A DNA stretch of 32,000 nt, taken from assembly GCA_002421785.1 (NCBI GenBank), contig DIRZ01000002.1, positions 30,001 through 62,000 of the forward strand, given 5' to 3'. The translations under genes and the position numbers were made by a program. Numbering within the stretch: the stretch's first letter is position 1; every line of letters begins with the position of its first letter. The DNA comes from Candidatus Saccharimonadota bacterium. Lineage in GTDB: Bacteria > Patescibacteriota > Saccharimonadia > Saccharimonadales > Saccharimonadaceae. This document shows positions 1-6,344 of this stretch, one piece after another. A model generated the notes under the pieces. It was not told where the DNA came from and did no database searches. It saw only the letters and a program-made list of their open reading frames with translations.

Positions 1-321
1 CGAGCCGCTGCTGCTCGCCTGGGTGGCCTGCCGCTCCACGTCACGGTTGTACTGTTCCTGTAGGTAGAACACCCCTGTATTGGCATTCATGTGCGCAGCA
101 GAGTACCGCTGTAGATCGTAAATACGTGCAGCAATGTCATCGACGTTCCCTGTTTTATCGGCTGCAGCCACTGCGTGACGCCGGGCAACCATGCCAGTGT
201 TGTTGAGCCGCAGGAAGGTGGCAGCGAGGAATACCATCAGGATAAGCAGCACGACAAGCCGCCAGGTTTTTACCTGTTGCAACCGCTTGATACTGCGACG
301 TACCTTGCGTTTATCTGCCAC
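1..321 (-). CDS. hypothetical membrane-anchored protein (partial; C-terminal part runs off the window start)
   Basis: A stop-free minus-strand frame runs from GTG at 321 to the window edge. It is absent from the ORF track because it has no stop inside the window. An in-frame TAG lies 7 codons upstream of the GTG, and a GGTGGGGA SD-like run lies about 9 nt upstream. The translation VADKRKVRRSIKRLQQVKTWRLVVLLILMVFLAATFL... gives a basic N-terminus, one TM helix and a soluble tail. No family recognised; start codon uncertain. Confidence 0.5.
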   Translation of the reverse strand, partial: MADKRKVRRSIKRLQQVKTWRLVVLLILMVFLAATFLRLNNTGMVARRHAVAAADKTGNVDDIAARIYDLQRYSAAHMNANTGVFYLQEQYNRDVERQATQASSSGS

Positions 322-364
322 TAAAGTTTCCCCACCGTCATGCTACGATACAGTATACCAGGAA

Positions 365-1573
365 TTACTTGGCTGCGCGATGAATGAGCAGGAGTAACAA
401 CCCATAAAAGGCCGCAGCCACAAACATCGCCATCATCCCCTCGCGTAGTCCAAACATCATCATGCAGACATACAAGGTAAAGCAACCGAGCGCCGCACCG
501 AGACTGAGTATCATTTCGATAAACATCATGTAGGTAATGCGGTAGCCGGAACTATCGGCCACATCAAAAATCACGCGCGTGAGCGGCATCACATAGGCAC
601 TCGTAGCGATTTCGTTGGCAGTATTGATGCCCATTACCCCAGGAGCTGACGTGACGAATGGTCGGAAAAGGTGGATGACCATATTTGCTGCAGCGCCAAC
701 AACTAGCAGAACACCGCCCTTGTGCCTATCGACAATTTGGCCAAATGTCCAAGCGGCGATCATGCCAATGAACACTCCGAGTGAAGCGAGCCCTCCGAGA
801 GCAGCGTAGGTAGCATCGCCATAATTTTCAAACACAAATAGCGTCATAAACAACGTCCAGGTCATGCCACTGGCCACAAAATCAAACCCTATCACGCTTT
901 CAGCTGCGAGGCTTGACCGCGCGAGGCGCCAAGGAAACCCAGCGATACGCAGTTTATTGCGCGTCATCGTTGGTTCTATGGTCTTGAACAATGGCACCGC
1001 GGCCACAATGAGCATCACGCTCGCGACGATAATAGTGACCTGCGGACCGTACACCGATGCGATAACCCCACCAACGATTGGGCTGACAATTCGCGCAATT
1101 TTGTCGAAAATCTGCATTGTGCCGATTTCTTTGCCGGCATGTTCACTGTTCTTAACTTTTGAAAAATCCACCATATAGCAAAGATCATAAATGGTCGATG
1201 CTATTTGCTGGAATACCCCGAAGGCAACAATCGCCCAAAACCCAAACTCCGGTACCAACAAAAAGGCCACCATCGATGGAATGCGAACGATATTCGCAAG
1301 AAGTATGCCATGCTTTGGACCAAAGTATGCCGCATATTTGGCGGCCACAATCGAAAATGGTACCTTCAGCAGATACAAAACACCGTAAAAGAGTACGATA
1401 AACTCGACCGCATACCCGAGCTTGTACAAATAAACGGCCGCGAATAAATTCACAATGTTAACCGCAAATATCGTCAGAAGGCGTGACGTATAGAGTTCTG
1501 CAATTTCATCAAACGAAACAACACGCCAATAATGGCGACCGGCAAAAATTCGGTTTATCATCACTTTAAACAT
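365..1573 (-). CDS. MFS-type transporter (about 12 TM helices), substrate unknown
   Basis: 402-aa ATG-initiated ORF made almost entirely of hydrophobic helices. Two six-helix halves are separated by a basic loop (TMTRNKLRIAGFPWRLARSS), which is the major facilitator layout. Confidence 0.75.
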   Translation of the reverse strand: MFKVMINRIFAGRHYWRVVSFDEIAELYTSRLLTIFAVNIVNLFAAVYLYKLGYAVEFIVLFYGVLYLLKVPFSIVAAKYAAYFGPKHGILLANIVRIPSMVAFLLVPEFGFWAIVAFGVFQQIASTIYDLCYMVDFSKVKNSEHAGKEIGTMQIFDKIARIVSPIVGGVIASVYGPQVTIIVASVMLIVAAVPLFKTIEPTMTRNKLRIAGFPWRLARSSLAAESVIGFDFVASGMTWTLFMTLFVFENYGDATYAALGGLASLGVFIGMIAAWTFGQIVDRHKGGVLLVVGAAANMVIHLFRPFVTSAPGVMGINTANEIATSAYVMPLTRVIFDVADSSGYRITYMMFIEMILSLGAALGCFTLYVCMMMFGLREGMMAMFVAAAFYGLLLLLIHRAAK

Positions 1574-1594
1574 ATGTGTTTTTGTTCATTCCAA

Positions 1595-1633
1595 CCCTCA
1601 TAGTATAGCATACTGCTCATGCTATACTGAGGG
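1595..1633. promoter_or_regulatory. imperfect inverted repeat in the MFS/murC divergent promoter region
   Basis: CCCTCA(ta)GTATAGCAT - actgctc - ATGCTATACTGAGGG gives 15 paired positions with a 2-nt bulge. Each arm carries a TATAC(T) -10-like hexamer and a GAGGG run. Confidence 0.45.
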
Positions 1634-1634
1634 C

Positions 1635-2918
1635 ATGAACATCTACTTTTCGGGTATTGGTGGCGTGGGGCTGGGGCCTCTTGCCGAAATCGCGCGGGAT
1701 GCCGGACACACGGTCCGTGGCAGTGACGCGCACGAAAGCCTCACTACAGCCGAACTGCAAAGTCGCGGCATCACGGTTAGCAACGATCAGTCAGGCGACT
1801 ACCTTGCCTACTGCCACGTGCAGCAACCCATTGAGTGGCTAGTGTATACTTCTGCCCTCCCCGACAACCACCCCGAACTCGTAAAAGCACGTCAACTTGG
1901 CATCTACACAGCCAAGCGTGATGAGTTAATTAATTACATCATCAAAGAAAAGAACCTGAAGCTGATTGCCGTCGCCGGTACCCATGGCAAAACAACAACC
2001 ACTGCCATGCTGGTGTGGACATTCCGCCAACTTGGAATTCCCGTCAGTTTTTCGGTGGGCTCTAATATGAGCTTTGCTCCAAGTGGTTACTTGGACCCAG
2101 ATGCCCAGTATTTTGTGTATGAGTGTGACGAATTCGACCGTAACTTTTTACATTTCACTCCCCACCTATCGCTCATCACTAGTGTCGATTACGATCACCC
2201 CGACACCTACCCGACGCAGGCAGATTATGCCGATGCGTTCACAACGTTCCTCGGCCAATCAAAGCAGGTTATTATGTGGGACCGCGACACGGTTATTAAT
2301 ATTGTGCCACCCCATGGAACATGGCGACTCCACGAACCCGACATCATTGACTTCAAAATACCCGGCGCCCACAACAGGGCAAACGCTACGCTGATTGCCA
2401 AGGCATGTGAGTACCTAAAAATTGGTGACGAATCACGCATTCGAACCGCTATCGAATCATTCCCTGGCACAGCGCGCCGGTTCGAAAAGCTCGCCGATAA
2501 CCTTTATAGTGACTATGGCCATCATCCGGTAGAAATTGCCGCGACACTGCAGCTTGCGCGCGAGCTCTCCGACCACATCGTGCTCGTATACCAGCCGCAT
2601 CAGAACACCCGGCAGCACCAGGTGCGAAGTGGCTACACCTCATGCATGGAGCTGGCAGAAGAAATATTCTGGCTCCCTACCTACCAATCACGCGAAGACC
2701 TGAACCTTCCGATTTTGAAACCCGAGGAGCTTGCCGCTCGTCTTACGAACCGCAATGTCGTCACCTATGCCGATATGAACGATATGTTATGGGACCACAT
2801 GACCTGGGCGCGCACCAACGGAAAGCTTGTCCTGTGTATGGGCGCAGGTAGTATCGACGCATGGGTGCGAAGTCAACTTGCGGCGACCGCCGATGTTACT
2901 CCAGCTATTCCGTCGTAA
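1635..2918 (+). CDS. murC: Mur ligase family, UDP-N-acetylmuramate--L-alanine ligase-like (MurC; Mpl not excluded)
   Basis: 427 aa. It has the N-terminal dinucleotide-fold motif FSGIGGVGLGPLAEIARDAGHTVRGSD and the Mur-ligase P-loop IAVAGTHGKTTTTAML. DYDHPD and HNRANA motifs are in MurC-like positions. Confidence 0.75.
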   Translation: MNIYFSGIGGVGLGPLAEIARDAGHTVRGSDAHESLTTAELQSRGITVSNDQSGDYLAYCHVQQPIEWLVYTSALPDNHPELVKARQLGIYTAKRDELINYIIKEKNLKLIAVAGTHGKTTTTAMLVWTFRQLGIPVSFSVGSNMSFAPSGYLDPDAQYFVYECDEFDRNFLHFTPHLSLITSVDYDHPDTYPTQADYADAFTTFLGQSKQVIMWDRDTVINIVPPHGTWRLHEPDIIDFKIPGAHNRANATLIAKACEYLKIGDESRIRTAIESFPGTARRFEKLADNLYSDYGHHPVEIAATLQLARELSDHIVLVYQPHQNTRQHQVRSGYTSCMELAEEIFWLPTYQSREDLNLPILKPEELAARLTNRNVVTYADMNDMLWDHMTWARTNGKLVLCMGAGSIDAWVRSQLAATADVTPAIPS

Positions 2919-3573
2919 ACTCTTCAAAAAAGAATGTATCACCGAAAAAGCTTCGGGTCACAATTTGCTCAACCGCAGGGGCTAGCCGTAACTTTGGTAA
3001 ATCGAGGGGCTCTACCCACTGCAAATGATCGGCAGCAGGAATGGCGTCTGTTTCGAAACGGATGATATGTGCGAGCGTCGTGCTCTCTACTTCGCCATCA
3101 GCCATCACTCGAATATAACAATCACCTACATGCCGTAACTTATGCGGGTCGAAGTCAAGCTTTTCGCGAGCTTCGCGGCGCGCCGCGTCAAGGAGCGTGA
3201 CGTCATCAATATGTAGCTTGCCATAAGGCAACGTCCACGTATTGATGTAGGGCTGCTTGGTGCGCTTTTGTAGCAATACCTTGCCATAGCCATCCTGAAC
3301 CAGCAACATGGTAATAATTTTTGGCTGGGTACGCATCTGCATTTTGTCAGAGCTGATACGATCAACGTAGCGAAGCCCCATACGACTCAGGGTATAGCCT
3401 TGGTCAGTTTTGGCGACATACCCCTGCTTTTGCAACAACTTTAAATGGTAGCTAAACAAATTCGTATCAACGCGCGGCGGGCACAAATCGCTAAACCTGG
3501 CGTATTCCTGAAACATTAGTAAACGAACAATCTGGCGCTGTATGTGGTGTTTTAACGTATCATTCTCAAACAT
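2905..3573 (-). CDS. winged-helix DNA-binding domain fused to a Nudix-fold domain with a degenerate Nudix box
   Basis: 222 aa. The N-terminus (IVRLLMFQEYARFSDL...LFSYHLKLLQKQGYVAKTDQGYTLS) looks like a MarR/ArsR-type wHTH. The C-terminal half holds a Nudix-box-like stretch, GKLHIDDVTLLDAARREAREKLDF. The first conserved Glu position reads D, and REAREK replaces REUXEE. Confidence 0.7.
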   Translation of the reverse strand: MFENDTLKHHIQRQIVRLLMFQEYARFSDLCPPRVDTNLFSYHLKLLQKQGYVAKTDQGYTLSRMGLRYVDRISSDKMQMRTQPKIITMLLVQDGYGKVLLQKRTKQPYINTWTLPYGKLHIDDVTLLDAARREAREKLDFDPHKLRHVGDCYIRVMADGEVESTTLAHIIRFETDAIPAADHLQWVEPLDLPKLRLAPAVEQIVTRSFFGDTFFFEEFTTE

Positions 3574-3663
3574 ATTTGACTCAAATCTTACTATCTATAC
3601 CCTATCATACTTATTGATTATAGTGAATATGTAATCTGTAAATATGAAAGGAATAGTGAAAAC

Positions 3664-4815
3664 ATGTCAGTCGAATCAATTACAATTACAAATGAGTTTG
3701 AGCAAAAGATACCCCATGAAGTCGAGCACAAATATATCCCAATTTTCCCTGAAGACCTAGAAGTATACCGATCGAGCGGCTGGCCAATTGAGCAGTTTTA
3801 CTTGAGTCACCCTAGCGAAAGCTTCAGCCTTCGGATGCGAGAAGAATTCAAGGATGGGACATTGCATTACGAAGCGACGTTAAAAGACACTGGGCATATT
3901 ACTCCTGACGGCATATCGCGCATGGAAATAACAACCCCCGTTTCCCCTGAGCTTTACCAGTTATACCGATCGCCCGACACGCCCGTTCTTCGCAAAATAC
4001 GTGCCGAGCCACTTCCGGGCGTGACCGTGGACTTTTACGAAGACGGCATGGTGCAAGTAGAGTCAGAGAGCCCTGCTAACTGGCGAGAGTTCGTGCGCTT
4101 GCACGGTGACAGATTCGTGGAAGTAACTGGTGATCGCAGTAGCGACAATGAATGGAAAGCGCACCTGAGCTTCCGACGCAGTAATAACGGCAACGAGGCG
4201 CTCAAACCCAGCGTCGATTTGGCCTCCAAAGACATCGTTAACGACATATTAGCTGCCAATAAACCGGGCGAGCCAACCATCCTGCACATCGCGGGGCGCT
4301 CTGGGTCGGGTAAATCTACCATCGTTCGCGAGGTCCAGGCTGACTTAAACAACCTCGGTGTTGAGTCTGTCGTGCTGTCTACCGATGATTATCATCGAGG
4401 CAATACCTGGCTCGTGAACTATAACGACGGGGAAGCTTGGACCAAATGGGATGACGCTGTCGTGTACGACACAGCCGCCCTGGCGGTGGACTTAGCCGAA
4501 CTACGCGCCGGAAGGCCCATCTGGCAACGCACCATCGACTTCAGTGTGTGCGAGCCAAAAATTACTGGCACCATCCAACCGGCGCCTGTTGTTATCATCG
4601 AAGGAATCTACGCGGGCAGTGCCGATATTGCGTCGCCAAACCACCTGAGCTACGAAATGACAACACCACTCGCGACCTGTGTTGGCCGACGACTGTTGCG
4701 CGATATGCGGGAACGACCCCAATTTGCCGACCCGGTTGCTAGTCTGGAGTACATGCTCCGTGAGGCTGAGCCGGCCTACCGCCAACAAGAAGCTGCCCGT
4801 GGAGCATCGAAATGA
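3664..4815 (+). CDS. CYTH (triphosphate tunnel metalloenzyme) domain fused to a uridine kinase/phosphoribulokinase-family P-loop kinase
   Basis: 383 aa. The N-terminus has the ExExK signature (HEVEHKY) and CYTH-like strands (IEQFYLS, SLRMRE, ATLKD, RMEIT, RKIRAE, VDFYED..VQVESE). The C-terminal half has Walker A IAGRSGSGKSTIV, plus STDDYHRG, VVIIEGIYAG and RRLLRDMRER, as in Udk/PRK kinases. AAAGGA lies upstream of the ATG. Confidence 0.8.
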   Translation: MSVESITITNEFEQKIPHEVEHKYIPIFPEDLEVYRSSGWPIEQFYLSHPSESFSLRMREEFKDGTLHYEATLKDTGHITPDGISRMEITTPVSPELYQLYRSPDTPVLRKIRAEPLPGVTVDFYEDGMVQVESESPANWREFVRLHGDRFVEVTGDRSSDNEWKAHLSFRRSNNGNEALKPSVDLASKDIVNDILAANKPGEPTILHIAGRSGSGKSTIVREVQADLNNLGVESVVLSTDDYHRGNTWLVNYNDGEAWTKWDDAVVYDTAALAVDLAELRAGRPIWQRTIDFSVCEPKITGTIQPAPVVIIEGIYAGSADIASPNHLSYEMTTPLATCVGRRLLRDMRERPQFADPVASLEYMLREAEPAYRQQEAARGASK

Positions 4816-5087
4816 AACGTGGCGAGATAGTCGAAAACCCCGGCTATCATGTACGTGAGATTCCAAAAGGTGTCATCGGCGAATCAAGCAAAATACTCGA
4901 AGAGGTGCTTGAACTACAAGATGCCGAAGATCAAAATGCTTCGATTATGGCATTGGTCGAATTATCAGATATGGTCGGAGCAATTGAGCTGTACCTTGAA
5001 CATCGTCACCCTACCGTTGCCATCGAGGATTTGCTGATCATGTCACACATTACCCAACGAGCATTCAAAAATGGCCGACGAACGTAA
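4812..5087 (+). CDS. all-alpha NTP pyrophosphohydrolase-like protein (MazG/HisE superfamily)
   Basis: 91 aa. It overlaps the upstream stop by ATGA. EEVLE at residues 30-34 and ELSD at residues 50-53 (ELQD lies between them) fit the paired acidic EExxE...ExxD metal-binding pattern of MazG/PRA-PH-type enzymes. Confidence 0.6.
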   Translation: MKRGEIVENPGYHVREIPKGVIGESSKILEEVLELQDAEDQNASIMALVELSDMVGAIELYLEHRHPTVAIEDLLIMSHITQRAFKNGRRT

Positions 5088-5694
5088 CCTTCCTCACTTC
5101 GAGCCGTCGCTGATTGACTACACGATTTTAGCAGATGGCCTACGCTTTTACACGAACAATGGCTACCCGTACCACGAGGTGCCATGGGTGGTACGACCAG
5201 AAGCCGTCAACGTTACACTACCACCAGGAGCAGAGGCGACCCGCAACCAGTACGGAGACCTCGTGGGCAGCGGTGAACAGAGCTTGATTGAGCTAATGAT
5301 GCGCGGCGAGCACATACAAAAAGCGTGTTGCATTACCCCGTGCTTTCGGCTCGAGCCAGCGTATGACGATCTCCACCATGGTTACTTTATAAAACTAGAG
5401 TTATTCGACACCCAGGCAACTGTGCCGACACTGATGGCAATGGTCGCTTGTGCAAGTGCATTCTATGAGCAGTACATACCAACAAATGTTGTTGAGACAG
5501 GTGTTAATATGTACGACATTGTTGATGCACATAACGGCATAGAGCTTGGCTCATACGGGTTTCGAACATGGAGCGAAGGCACCTTTACATACGGTACTGG
5601 CGTCGCGTTGCCACGGCTAAGCACGGTGATGGCGCAGGCTCAGGGCTCTAAGCCTGGTGAGCCCTCACAAAGTACGACGTACGTCCCTCACTGA
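5071..5694 (+). CDS. minimal class II aminoacyl-tRNA-synthetase-like catalytic core (SerRS-like), no tRNA-binding domain
   Basis: 207 aa; it overlaps the upstream gene by 17 nt. It shows motif-1-like NNGYPYHEVPWVV, LVGSGEQSLIEL, motif-2-like ITPCFRLEP...HHGYFIKLELF, YDIV..GIELGSYGFR, and motif-3-like YGTGVALPRLSTVM. The last roughly 15 codons read antisense into trmB. Confidence 0.6.
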   Translation: MADERNLPHFEPSLIDYTILADGLRFYTNNGYPYHEVPWVVRPEAVNVTLPPGAEATRNQYGDLVGSGEQSLIELMMRGEHIQKACCITPCFRLEPAYDDLHHGYFIKLELFDTQATVPTLMAMVACASAFYEQYIPTNVVETGVNMYDIVDAHNGIELGSYGFRTWSEGTFTYGTGVALPRLSTVMAQAQGSKPGEPSQSTTYVPH

Positions 5695-6295
5695 GCCAAC
5701 GCTGCTCATAGGTCGTCATGATTTTATAATCATCGTCTAACACAGATTCGTGCACATCAAAAGCAAGCTGATCGATACTCCACTTTTCGGCAACGAGCTG
5801 CTCTAGTGACCACGCGAAAAATGCTGGGTCGTCATGCTTCAGGTACAGCGCCCCACTCGAGCTAAGTAGCCCCGAATATTTCGCAAGGAATGTCGGGTGC
5901 GTCATGCGACGGCCGGCGCTTCTACTGCGTGGAAATGGGTCGGGAAATGTCAGCCAAACTTGTGACAACGAATTTGCTTCAAATAGCTCATCAACTTGAT
6001 CTGCGCGCGCCCGAACAAACGCGATATTCGTTACGCCACGTTCAAGCGCTTTATAGGCACCGTGTTGCAAGCGATCTGCCTTGACGTCGACAGCCGCAAA
6101 CATTTGCTCCGGATGGCGTGCGGCGAGCTCGACGCTAAATAACCCGTTCCCCGCACCAATCTCTACGACATCGACAGGACGCTTTTGCCACTCGGCAAAT
6201 TCGAAACAATTTTCGGCGTTGTGAAACTTCGCAAATTTATACTTTTTGCGTTTACGAGTAATAATAAAATCTTCGGGGTTGAGTATTTCTGACAC
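5648..6295 (-). CDS. trmB: tRNA (guanine-N7)-methyltransferase
   Basis: 215 aa with a GTG start. It has the SAM-binding VEIGAGNGLFSVELA motif and the TrmB signature WLTFPDPFPRSRSAGRRM. The layout matches bacterial TrmB. Confidence 0.85.
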   Translation of the reverse strand: MSEILNPEDFIITRKRKKYKFAKFHNAENCFEFAEWQKRPVDVVEIGAGNGLFSVELAARHPEQMFAAVDVKADRLQHGAYKALERGVTNIAFVRARADQVDELFEANSLSQVWLTFPDPFPRSRSAGRRMTHPTFLAKYSGLLSSSGALYLKHDDPAFFAWSLEQLVAEKWSIDQLAFDVHESVLDDDYKIMTTYEQRWLSEGRTSYFVRAHQA

Positions 6296-6344
6296 TACTT
6301 GCCTATTATACTACGGTGTATCTGTTACAATAAGGGTAACCGCT

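Noticed and set aside
6246-6344. The TTG 6246 start for the Kef-type antiporter.
   Set aside because: It would overlap the divergent trmB start and its TATAAT. The added residues are non-hydrophobic junk before a clean ATG (6345) that opens directly into TM1.
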